A stretch of 64,000 nucleotides of DNA from the NCBI GenBank assembly GCA_046563655.1, contig CM102285.1:6076001-6140000 (forward strand), given 5' to 3'. Positions 31,094 to 42,287 of the stretch are shown piece by piece. This stretch comes from Yuukianura sp. NJ FZ-2021. Lineage: Eukaryota. Each line of letters opens with the position of its first letter. The stretch's first letter is position 1. Under the pieces are notes generated by a model. The model was given only the letters and a program-made list of their open reading frames with translations, made no database searches and had not been told where the DNA came from. Position numbers and translations under genes: made by a program.

Positions 31094-33685
31094 ATGGGAA
31101 AACTACGTGTCGGTACTACACTTCTTATTTTTATTCTAAATTTCAGTTCTGCAAATTCTCAGTTCAGCCAGCTGGAGAATTTTGGAGCAATGCTCGATGA
31201 ATACCAGAATTCGGAAGTGGCAATATTCTGGCCAAATGCCACCGAACATTTAATCTATGAACCAATTACTTCCGTCCCGGTGATACTGTACGACTCAGTT
31301 TACCCAATTAACGGAACCCCAGGCGCTGCTCGGGGAGATGAAGTTGAAGTCAATCGAGTTTGGCGCAAAAAACCATTTTCAATTAGCCTTTTCGTGGTAT
31401 TTCCTCCAGAAAAGCTTTTCGAACATCGCTTTCAAACTATATACTACCAGTATTATCCATCAGCTGCGATTTTCACAACCTTCTACCTCAACTTCATTTT
31501 AAATCCAAATTCACCAGTAAATCCAGTCCGAGATAAGTTGCCATTCATTGGACTTCGACCGACTCCGGCGACGCATTTCATCTTTCACAACGTCAAATAC
31601 ATCAAAAGCAAAAATCTTGTAGATATCCAAGGATACAAATTTGTCAGTTCCTTATTCAGGTGTCGATACGTGCCTTTTGAGAATTCCAATTTGATTCTTA
31701 AGTTGGGGAAGTGTAATGTTGACAAAACTTGTTTTTGTCGACAAAAAACTGATAACCTGGTAGCTCATCTTAAGGAAGACTTGCTGGTTGACATGCCCTG
31801 GTACAACTCTCAACTTATGCAAAATTTTTATCTCAGTCCAAACCGAAGCGAAAAGCTTCGATACAAGGAATTTTTCCGATTTAAAAGAATATTTCAGCGC
31901 CACCTAGCGTCGCCGCTGAAAGCAACGCCCAGCGTACACGACTGGCCAAACTCAACACTCTTGACGTGGCTGGCCATGGAAGACACAAATTTTTGGATTT
32001 ATTTAGAAAATAAAAAAGATTTCGACAATGTCACGCTGATTAATCACCGAATGCAAAATTCGCGTCATGGTTTACTTCGATTTATACTCTTGTCGAACTT
32101 AGGAGAAACGATGATATACATGAACGAAGCAGATCAAAGATTAAGTGCACTGTCGATTTTCATCACCGGAAACGAGTCGCTGACGTTCGCTACTTGCGAT
32201 GGCATAACACATTTTCTAACTTTTGACTTTTACATCAATCCATACGATACGGCTTCGTGGATTGCATACTTCACATTTGTCTTTGTCATTTTCCCATTAT
32301 CAGTTCTTGGTTACAAAAAAATTGGCATAGCTCGACTTTATGTGCCGTTCGACGAGACACAAATTTGCCGCTCAGTTTCACGCCATTCACGGCTTGCCAA
32401 CACTGAATATCTTAGTCAACGCCGTATGCGGTTCGATAGTGTCAAGCCTACAGCTCTGTCCAGGTCGTGGATCGACGACATTAAACTAGTCGTTGACGTC
32501 CTTTTTTTTAACGTAGCTTTGACATTTGACATTGGCGACAATGTCCCACGAGCACTCAGCAAATTTCCTGGCGTCATGCGAGCCACAACGTTTGTCCTTG
32601 GCCTTTGGACGTTGGTCATGATTGTTTTAGTTGCAGCTTATAAGGGAATTGTTACTTCTGAAATGTCACACCCAACGCCAGAAAACGGATTTTTTGACAG
32701 TGTAGGAAACATGCCCAGCTTTTTTTTCTATGCTAGCTCAGACTTTTTTCAAGTCTATGACAATATGCTAGCAAATGTAGACTCGCTGCCGCTACATACG
32801 TATCGCCAACTCGTATTTGAAGCGAGAAATTTAAAGGCTTGTTACTGCTACCCTCATGCACCGAACATTAGTCCGGCACTTTGTCGTACAAGAAGAAACT
32901 TCAACGCATACGTAGATAGGGGTTGTAGGCTTTATAAAATCCGGGAGTCCAACTTGAATCTTAACCTGTCAAAGGTCATTCCGTCTGGATTCTGCAGCTA
33001 CAATCCGGAAAGTAAAAATATGTCTGAAATCGTCTACTATTACGTCAGAAGTATAACGATTCCCAAGCGGCTGCTGATCAGATACAGTTGCGAAAGGTTA
33101 ATCATGATTGGACGTGACAAGGACACACAATTGTACGAACAGTCTCCGATGCCATTTAAAAGCGCAGTTGTCTCAGAAACTTTTGCAGAAAATTCCAATG
33201 TTAAAAAATATCTTGAAGATGTTGTTAACCGAACCAAAAGCTGTAAACGTATCGGCTACATTGACACAAAGGAGCGTCTTGATCTGTTAATTGCAATGGC
33301 AAAAAATAGTAGTGGCCCCATTTACAAAAAAGGAAGCTCAAAAATATTGAAAAGGCAGACTGGGTTTGTATTGTATCATCTGCATAATGTTACGGCCAAA
33401 ATGTATAAGCGAATACAACTATTGTTGGCATCTGGTATCTATCAGACTTGGACAAAACTAAAACAGGGTTTTACTAAAACCCCAGAGCAGAAGTTAGCTA
33501 AATTGTTGTTCAAAGAACCAACTCCTGAACCAATTTCGTTGTCCTCAAATATTGTAACAATCTTTATAGCCCTAGGCTGTTGTATTTTTTTCTGTTGTAT
33601 TGTACTGAGCTTTGAATTACTTTTTAGCCTGTTTAGAAAATATATGCAATTTTTAAACTTCTTACTAGCTACATCCCAAACATGA
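31094..33685 (+). CDS. Intronless divergent ionotropic-receptor (IR/iGluR)-like membrane protein, 863 aa
   Basis: Signal peptide; PY..(S)W before the first TM; W..V..VL...Y...TS (SYTANL-equivalent helix); L..SGI...W; C-terminal TM after SLSSNI. This topology is typical of divergent arthropod IRs. Confidence 0.7.
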   Translation: MGKLRVGTTLLIFILNFSSANSQFSQLENFGAMLDEYQNSEVAIFWPNATEHLIYEPITSVPVILYDSVYPINGTPGAARGDEVEVNRVWRKKPFSISLFVVFPPEKLFEHRFQTIYYQYYPSAAIFTTFYLNFILNPNSPVNPVRDKLPFIGLRPTPATHFIFHNVKYIKSKNLVDIQGYKFVSSLFRCRYVPFENSNLILKLGKCNVDKTCFCRQKTDNLVAHLKEDLLVDMPWYNSQLMQNFYLSPNRSEKLRYKEFFRFKRIFQRHLASPLKATPSVHDWPNSTLLTWLAMEDTNFWIYLENKKDFDNVTLINHRMQNSRHGLLRFILLSNLGETMIYMNEADQRLSALSIFITGNESLTFATCDGITHFLTFDFYINPYDTASWIAYFTFVFVIFPLSVLGYKKIGIARLYVPFDETQICRSVSRHSRLANTEYLSQRRMRFDSVKPTALSRSWIDDIKLVVDVLFFNVALTFDIGDNVPRALSKFPGVMRATTFVLGLWTLVMIVLVAAYKGIVTSEMSHPTPENGFFDSVGNMPSFFFYASSDFFQVYDNMLANVDSLPLHTYRQLVFEARNLKACYCYPHAPNISPALCRTRRNFNAYVDRGCRLYKIRESNLNLNLSKVIPSGFCSYNPESKNMSEIVYYYVRSITIPKRLLIRYSCERLIMIGRDKDTQLYEQSPMPFKSAVVSETFAENSNVKKYLEDVVNRTKSCKRIGYIDTKERLDLLIAMAKNSSGPIYKKGSSKILKRQTGFVLYHLHNVTAKMYKRIQLLLASGIYQTWTKLKQGFTKTPEQKLAKLLFKEPTPEPISLSSNIVTIFIALGCCIFFCCIVLSFELLFSLFRKYMQFLNFLLATSQT

Positions 33686-34031
33686 AAGTAAACCGCGGGA
33701 GCAACATGAAAATTCAAATATCGTTACAAATATTAAATATCAGAATAATAGTATAAATTAACTATGCGCCAAGCCATGTGTATTGAATATATTGAATATA
33801 CATAGTTGAAATTCAAATATCCAATAAGTTATTATAGCGAGTTTAGAAACCCAACCATGAAGTTAACCCATTAAGTTTTTATTTATTAAATTAAGTTATT
33901 TACGAAATATATTAATTATTTAATTTATTAAATAATGTTAACGTCGCAGAATCATCTGCAAACACTTGGTCGATGCTCTCTTGCCATTCTATTGTAAGTT
34001 ACAACTTGTCACTGAAGTAAAAGTTTTGTGG

Positions 34032-35123
34032 TTATTCTGATTTGAGTTTTAGTTCTTCATCTGTTGTAGTTGCGTCCAATGGACTAGGTTTGTCGGAAGA
34101 ACTAGTTTCGACCTCTTCTTTGACCCGCTGCCTGACCTCTGTTTCACTCGGGTCATTTACCTCGCCTTCACTGGTGTCATTGACCCCTTCTTCGTTGGGC
34201 CCATCGACTTTGTCGTTCTCCGGTTCATTTGCGTTATCCTCCTCACCCGATTCTTTCATCTCATCTTCATCTTGTTTCTTCAGGTCTTCGTCATCCGAAT
34301 TTTTGTTATCTTCCTCAACCGGGTTTTTGTCCTCTTCACCTTGATTCTTCGATTCCTCTTCGTCGGGTTGATTAGGCCCGTCTTTTCCCGTATCTTCGGC
34401 CCCACCACTTCCTATTACTTTCCTAACAAGACCTTCTATCAAACCCACCACTACTCCAATCAGTACAAGAACAATCACGAGCGGAATAAGCAGAACCACA
34501 AGAAGTAGCAATATTGCTGCAATTAGGATACCTAAAACATAGCAACAAAAACAAAACTTCAAGAAAAAGTTTGAAAATAAACCATACATACAACTAGAAA
34601 GTGAAACTAAGAAATTGAGCGCATATGCGCTGTACACATAAAACTTGTAACCTTACTTGTCACGATGATATACAGTATAAAGCCAAGAACCAGAACAATC
34701 ACAGCAAGGATGATGAACAGAGCGATGGGTATGAGGAGAATTCCAATGGCAATGGCAATGTAAATCAGAAGGGCTTTGTTGTTATGAACAAAGTTTTTTA
34801 TTGGAGCCAAGTAACTGTCCAAAATGGCCTCCACTCGCTTACCTACAGGTTTTTGTTTAATTAACCCCCATATTTTTTAAACAAGTTTTTTTATAAAGTA
34901 ATAAAAACTTACGGAGCAGTGCAATTCCGTTGCTGACAATTTCTTTCACGGAGTCGAAGTTTAAGTTCTGTACTGTTTCCATCACCGAACCAACTGAAAC
35001 ATTAGACAGCTTTTCCAATATTCCAGACAGAAAAGGCCAAATATCGCCAGACATTGCAGCGCTCGCATCCGCTAACACATCAGTTGTGTCGGGATCAGTA
35101 CCTGCTCCACCGGAAGTAGGCAT
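34032..35123 (-). CDS. Hypothetical membrane protein with a long hydrophobic segment and acidic C-terminal tail, 3 exons
   Basis: Exons 35123-34913, 34842-34657 and 34531-34032 join in frame across GT-AG introns. ~75-residue I/L/V-rich stretch followed by an E/D-rich tail. Confidence 0.7.
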
Positions 35124-35633
35124 GTTCTCTCAGTAAAAACAAATTTTGTCCCACCAGTCTCACTTCAGTTTCAAATGGATCCACCAAACAGAAATGTAAC
35201 TTAACTAAATTCACTTCCTGGTTAGGTTTCACTTACACCTATTTTAAGACGCATCTCTCCAGATATTATTGAGTAAGTTGTTCATCATTAAATAACTTAA
35301 TCACGCTGTAAATTGATTCACAAGGTTGAACAAATTTTGTAACCGCGGGCGTCTTAACCGCTAAACCACAAATAAAGATAAATAATTGCCTAATTGTTAG
35401 TTCAGAACCAAAATAAAGAAGTATACTTCTTTATAATAGTACCTCCTAATAATAATTATACTATAATATAGCAAATAATTTATATGAGTTGGCAAATACT
35501 TAATAATTAGTTAACTTGGCAATTAATTATTCAAGATAATTAACTCATCAACGTTACGTTGGGTTTTAAAAAATTTATACTATTTGATATATATTTTGTA
35601 GGTTACGTTTATATTTATTAATTTATTTTTATT

Positions 35634-37149
35634 TTATGGTCTTAGGATTACTATATTCAAAGCGTCCTCGAGCGAAGCAAGCATTGGCACCAGAATTGTA
35701 CTTTCGTAGTTAGAGACGTCCCGATCATTTATCTAAACATAAATTTGAAGAAAAAAAAACCTTTGAAAGATAAATTCGCTTTCAAATTTTAAAAAAACAT
35801 GTATAAAATTTAGTAGTGTTGAAAAATCTCAGTTATAGTCAACACTGTAGCTTACAAGGTTCGTAAACAAAAAATATTTTTTTCTACAAGAGGTTGTTCA
35901 ATAACTCGAGGTTTTCGATTTTGTGCAAAATTTTTCAAAAATGAAGTCGGTTCTAACCTCCGTTTGTTGTAGTAATACGCAAGAAGTTGAAAAAAAACTT
36001 AAACAAAATTGTAGAGTTTGAAGCACGATTTTTGGAAACAATGAGTTATTGGACAACCTGTTGTAGGAAATACGATTCGGTTGTGAAGGAACCTTGGTAG
36101 CTTACTTGAAGTATTTGATCTCCCGGCAGAAGTCCCACCAAATACGCAGGCCCGCCACGCCGAATTTCCTGGACCACCGTGGGACCCTTTGAAGTTGACC
36201 CCTCAGCCTGAGCCTCCAGAAAGTCAGAGTCTAAGATACTAAATCCCCAATCATCAAACGAAGAGTCTTTCCACAGGCAAAACGAATGCAGGACACCATC
36301 CTGCGTTGACCTTTGACCTTCTGTCCTCAACCTGCCACTACTTTCTCCCGCTTCCTCAATCTCGTCATCTTCCCATTTGAACTCCACTGAACCATGGACA
36401 TTCGTAGTCAACATGGTTCTGGACGATAGTAAATTGGATTCAGATGAACACGGAATTACACTAAATGTGACAGACGGAGTAGTTGAGGTCACGTGACGTA
36501 GGAGTAGAGCCAATTGACGTGAATTGTAGACGCTGCACGGAATTGTTTCAATTTCGGCGGGAGATTTGTTCAAGTGTACTGTAGTAATGACGTCACCGGG
36601 GCGCAAGAATCCACAACGATCTGCTAAGGAACCTCGTTGAATTGACGCAATTTTGATTTCGCGATGACGACTGTGACCGTGACTCGAACTCCCGTGAGCG
36701 TGACCTCCAGCACATGCGCATGCACATTCATCGTCAGTCAAAGCCATGCCTAGAGCCGTGTGACTCTTGTTTCCAATTTCAATCATGAAGGGAAAACTAG
36801 GGCGTGTGTCAACCTGAATTTGAAAATATGTGACATGCAATGTGACTACGCGAGAGTGATGTCGAATATGTGGTGCGGCGCTGGACATAACTTGAACAAA
36901 GTCACCAACTTGAACCACAGCCGACGCATGCGCTGGACCGTTAAGGACGAGTTGCTGAATTCGACCATCGCGTGACACTTGAGCACCAAAATCCTCTGGT
37001 AAAGTAATTTGCAAAGACTTTTTGATCACTCCGGCATTCGAAGAGGCACTGCTTGAGAGATTTGACACACTCGAAAACGGAGAATACGAAAACTTATGTG
37101 AATTGGTAATACCGAGTTCCTTTCGTTTAGACCAATCATTAAAACCCAT
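35634..37149 (-). CDS. Multi-PDZ protein resembling the C-terminal PDZ domains of GRIP, 2 coding exons
   Basis: Exons 37149-36106 and 35732-35634 (INDRDVSNYESTILVPMLASLEDALNIVILRP*). PDZ signatures IQRGSLADRCGFLRPGD and LWKDSSFDDWGFSI...IRRGGPAYLVGLLPGDQILQIN. Confidence 0.75.
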
Positions 37150-38694
37150 TTTCAATACAGAACAAACGCGAAATTTTAGGAACGACACGTCATATAAACC
37201 AAAAACACCGAAGTCTTCATGATTTTTTTTATTCGGACACTCTTTTCGTTTTCAACTTTTTCTTACTTTTTTACGTCTCAAACCAACATGAACGCAATCA
37301 CTTGAGATTTTACTTTTCAAAAAATAACTTTAAAATCAAAATTTTTGGAACACTTTAAAGGAAAACTGTTATTATTATTGATTTAATATTTTACAGGTTA
37401 AAATGTTGAATAGCAAACTATGACTGTACTCTGCATCTCTTCGAAGAACCTTTAATCAGATTTCCACGAGTTCTGTTTTACTTCCTTGTCTAAAATTAGA
37501 ACCGAATCTTCACCCTCCGACTTTTTTGTTACATTGGACGTGGAGCAACAACAAAAAATTACATCTTCATCTGTATAAAATTTTGGAGGTGCCTGAGTCA
37601 GAAAGTGGAATTCAATGAACTCCATTTCCTTGCCTTCATTTTTATTCTTAGACATGCATAACAGGTTCACCAGCATCGTTCTTGTACAAAAAATATGTGT
37701 TCCGTTTTTTGAAAAACATACTCGAAACATGTGTCTCTTTTTTGGTTCAAGGTCAGCAGTGGATTTTTGTTTTCTAAAAAAAAAGCCAGTGCGTTTATTA
37801 ATAAAAAATTTTGCGTGAATTTTATTTAATTTCTTTACATTTTGTTTTAGTGAATAAAATAAGATGCACAACTGAAATTCTCCAAAAGCTTTTGCTTTAA
37901 AATTGTGTGTGTATCATGAAGTGGTTTGTCTACTTTTCAATTTTTGAAACAAGAGTTTTAGTCGAGTCAGTCAAAAATCAATACAGTTCTGTCAAATTGT
38001 CCTAAACTTTTGATCATCGCACTTAAAGTTGATCCTCATAACCGCACTGGTAAAAGATGGCCCTGTCTTTTTTTTTAACCACAAATTTTGTATTATTAAA
38101 TGATACATTTGAATTTATCCAAGAAAGTTCCAACTTTTTCAAAAATAAACCAGATACAGATACTTTGTGAATTACATAAAATGAACAGTTAAACTAATGT
38201 TAATGTTAACCAATTAATTTTAAATTAACTAATTAATTTTAACTAATGTTAAAAAGTTAAACTAATTAAAGTAAATAACTTTTTGATAGTAATTATAATA
38301 CTATTTTGTATTGTTTTAGTATCACAAGAGATTGTAAACCTTCGAGTAAACGCTGTTGCACATTTTTGCAAAAGGTTTATATGCCACGTTCAATAGTTTT
38401 ACCCAGTATATCGAGCAGGAGTTATCGAATTTAGATACATGTTTCAAAATTTAAAAATGAATATTTAACGAATTTTCCATTTTATTTCAATTTGATTCCA
38501 CATTAGGCCGGGTTACAATTTGAAAATATGTAAAAGGTATTACTCTGGATTATAAGGCGTCAAATTCTTCTAAGATACTTTTTGGTAGTAGCTATTGCTA
38601 GTAACTGAAAAATTTCTTTTAGTCCTGATCAATTTTGTGACATAAAACCATAAGTTTTCAAACAATTGAAAGCAGAACTGTCTTTCTCAAAAAA

Positions 38695-39012
38695 TTACAA
38701 GCGTTCAAAGCATGATCCAACACGTTGGGCACGGCTACAGCATTGTAGGAAGTCTTTTTTACGGTCATTGTTTCCTTGAATGCAGAAACCGTTCAAGACT
38801 ACTCCGTACTCGATTATTTCGCCGACACACCTTGATCCAGGGCCATTAGTAGATTGTTGGCAGCGGAGACTGACGCTTGGCTCTTGCACTCTGTCTTTTC
38901 GACCATCCTTCTGCGTCACCTCATTATAACACTGGCAACCAATGTACGTAGCGAATGCAGCAGAAAACAATTGCAGTAAGACCAGTACTAACAAGGCAGT
39001 CTGGAACTTCAT
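38695..39012 (-). CDS. Small secreted cysteine-rich protein (105 aa, 8 Cys), KP6-toxin-like cysteine spacing
   Basis: ATG at 39012, signal peptide, pattern CxC..C..C..C..CC..C. A 5'UTR intron (~39098-39024) and a TATA near 39175 support a real gene. Confidence 0.8.
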   Translation of the reverse strand: MKFQTALLVLVLLQLFSAAFATYIGCQCYNEVTQKDGRKDRVQEPSVSLRCQQSTNGPGSRCVGEIIEYGVVLNGFCIQGNNDRKKDFLQCCSRAQRVGSCFERL

Positions 39013-39985
39013 TTTCAAAATTTCTAAAAAAAAAAAAAAATATACAAATATTGTCAGCTCAAATTCTACTTTTTAGTTTCTATAAATACAGCCTTTACCT
39101 GAAACTTCAAATTGTGAGATGAGTAAACCTCAAGTACAACGACTGAATAAACATTGAACAGTTTTTTCCTTTATAAAGGAATCGTAATGAATAAGGAGTT
39201 AATTACTGTTCATAGCTGGAGTAATTGACTTAAATTTAATTACTAAAGACGCATGTTGCTACATTTGAACAAAGTTAACGTTGTATGCGAAACCGCGGAT
39301 GAAGTCATAATTCAAGTGTTAAAAAGAAGCTTTACAATTAAGCGACAGGAAGCCAAAAATTTAGCCAATTCAGCCAGAATTAGCAGCACTATTTTTACAA
39401 TACCCTAGCTTATAAGACTAACGTTTTAAATGTATCAATCAAAACGGTTAGTCAAAATGTATCAAACGGGATAATTCTCAGTTATTCTTACCACTACAAG
39501 TACTGTAAATGTAATAATTTATTATTAGTATTTACATATTTCGGTTGCAGATTATGAAAAAGCTATGTAACTATTAAAACCATCTTTTATATTAACGTTT
39601 TTGCAATCCGTGTTTGTTTGATTAAAGTTTAATTGTACCTAACCTAAAGCCAATTTACTACAAACATAACACGAGTGATTCACACTTCAAATCAGTCAAA
39701 CCTTAATCAACATAGTTGCAACTAGATGGATATTTAATTACTAATGTGATGAAGATAATATCCCACTGTTAATTTGATAAAAAAAATTTGACCGGAACCA
39801 GGAATTTTATTTGTTTTCTGCCAACTTCCATCAACGGCAGATTAAACCTCTGATAACAATCAACCGAAATGAATGACCTTAGGTCAATAATACCTTTTGT
39901 AAATATTTTGAGGAAATAGTTTCACAAAGTCAAGAAACTCCGCAAAACAAATCGCACTACTGCTATTTTGCAAACATTGACATCA

Positions 39986-40024
39986 TATAAATATTTCTCA
40001 ATTTTTCAGCTCAAATCATCAGTC
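39986..40024 (+). promoter_or_regulatory. Core promoter of S8 protease copy A (TATAAA + TCAGTC Inr)
   Basis: TATAAA at 39986-39991 and TCAGTC at 40019-40024. The same arrangement occurs before copy B (56618-56656). Confidence 0.55.
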
Positions 40025-40181
40025 TCGCCAAATTTATTAACTACAAGCGAAATTAAGAGTAACAGAACTTTTTATACAAATACGTAAATTTAATACAACT
40101 ACGAAATTTAAAAAAGGAAGATTATTGAACAGTTCCCACCAAACTTGGAGTATTCTTAATTCAGTTTTGAATTTTACAACA

Positions 40182-41652
40182 ATGAAGAAGAATTTTGGCA
40201 AGTTCTGCCTTGTGCTGCTGGTAACAGCACAAATTGCCTCCTCTTCGAAAATTGATCGGTCGTTGCAAAAGGTCTTGCAGTCCAAAGGAGAAGCCAACGT
40301 TTTCGTTTCATTCAAAGATGGAACGGCGGGAATTCTGAATTCCTTCAAAGACTTGACCTTTGACACTCGAGCAGACAAACTTACTACACTCACACTGAGC
40401 CTCAAAGACCACGCAAAAGCATCTCAATCGCAAGTTTTCAAGACTTTGCTCGACTTCCCAAACTTACGAGTCCAAAGTTTCTGGATTTCCAACCAAGTTT
40501 ACATCAAGGAAGCTCCACTGGAATTGGTCCATCGTCTGGCTCTTCTACCCTCCGTGGCGTCTATTGACGAAGAAGTAGAGTCACAATTGATGATGCCAGT
40601 AGTAGAATCAATGGATCCGTTTGCGCATGCGCCGAGAGCAGAAGAATGGGGTGTTACGATCATCCAGGCACCAGAAGCGTGGGGATTGGACGGTGGAAAC
40701 GATGGAACAGGCGTCGTCGTCTCCACGGTTGACACTGGAGTCAGATTTACACATGAAGCTCTGAGGTCGAATTTCATTGGAGAATACGGTTGGTTTGACC
40801 CCTACAAGTTCACAGCTGAACCAAATGATCAACTTGGACACGGAACGCACGTCACGGGAACGATTGCTGGCCAAGGTAAAAAATACCACGGATTTATCAT
40901 GAAAAATTTTCTTTCGCGATAGCTAACATAACTTTTTGAATTTAGGCGGAATCGGAGTTGCTCCAGGAGCTCAGTGGATGTCATGCAAAGGCTGTGCGTC
41001 ATTTTCTTGTTCGCAAGATGCTCTTCTGTCATGTGGTCAATTCATTTTGTGTCCTACCAATCCACATGGTGAACAGGAAGATTGCAGCAAAGCACCGCAT
41101 CTCGTGAGCAACAGTTGGGGCGGTGGAGAAGGGAAAGAAGTGTACCATCCAATGATCGATGCTTGGATTGCCGCCGGAATTGTTCCACTTTTTGCCAACG
41201 GCAATTCTGGCCCTGGATGTGAGTCAACCGGATCACCAGCAGACCATCCAGGAGTCATCGGAGTCGGTTCAACCACTGAAACCGATAGTTTGTCTTCCTT
41301 CAGTGGCATGGGACCCAGCTACTATGGTGATATCAAGCCGGACGTTTCCGCGCCAGGTTCAAATATCCGTTCTGCCTCGCATGCCCATGACAGAGCATAT
41401 GGCGTTTTGTCTGGAACTTCAATGGCTTGTCCACATGCTGCAGGAGTCGTTGCTTTGCTCAAAGGACGAGACTTGGACTTGTCCATTGACACTGTGAAGA
41501 GGCATCTGTACAACGGTTGTGACCGCGATGTGACTCCACCGGGTCAGAATTGTGGCGGCGTACCTGAAGACTCTTGGCCAAACAACGCCTTTGGATATGG
41601 CCGTGTCAACGCATTTACCTCTCTCCTCAGTCTATTAGAAGAATCAGGTTAA
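40182..41652 (+). CDS. Secreted subtilisin-family (S8) protease, bacillopeptidase F-like, copy A, 2 exons
   Basis: Signal peptide, prodomain, catalytic triad motifs VDTG / HGTH / GTSMA, oxyanion NGN. Intron 40876-40945. Confidence 0.93.
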
Positions 41653-41767
41653 ACTTTTTAATTACATTCTGTTTATTTTTTTATTTAGGTTAACTTAAAC
41701 CGTACCTAATTTTCGAATTCATGTATACATAAATAAAATCGAAATAAACCGCTCTAAACGCTGTATA

Positions 41768-42113
41768 CAAGTAGCGAAATGTACACGCAGGTTTGTCAGG
41801 GATACATTGATAACTTCAAGCATCAGGTCAAAGGTCAAGGTAGGCCACACAAAAAGTTGTTTGGCCCTATAAAATAACTTTTGTAGGGGTCAATTTTTAG
41901 ATGTCCGTTAAAAATGTACTTGACCTCGACCCTTGACACGAAAGTTGGTATACTTCCAGTCAAACCAGAAACCGATTAATCGCCCTCATACCATGTGAAA
42001 TTTGTATGTGAAAACAGATTGAAAATCGGTCCAGTGATTCCCGAGTTATGGTGGCGAACAGATGGAAAGCGGGACAGACAGACAGACTTGGTGTAAAACA
42101 AAGTAGCGAAATA
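41768..42113. mobile_element. Non-autonomous Helitron/Helentron-associated (DINE-1-like) interspersed element
   Basis: Subterminal direct repeat AAGTAGCGAAAT at both ends, (ACAG)n microsatellite, AAATCGGTCCAGT..CCGAGTTATG block, AGGTCA/TGACC motifs. Family assignment is inferred. Confidence 0.45.
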
Positions 42114-42287
42114 CTTTTACTAAATAAGTAATAACTATATTATAACATTCTTCGTTGAATACTGAAAACAAACTTGTGCTGCCTAATAAAACATAGTAAT
42201 AATCATCAAATAAACTAAAATTTCTAACTTCGAATTCATTCAAATTCAAATGTAGTTTAGTTCCAAATGGATTTATGTTGGTGTACA

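Noticed and set aside
38695..39012. Hydrophobin assignment for the 8-Cys secreted protein
   Set aside because: Hydrophobins have C-CC-C-C-CC-C; this protein has CxC and only one CC pair.
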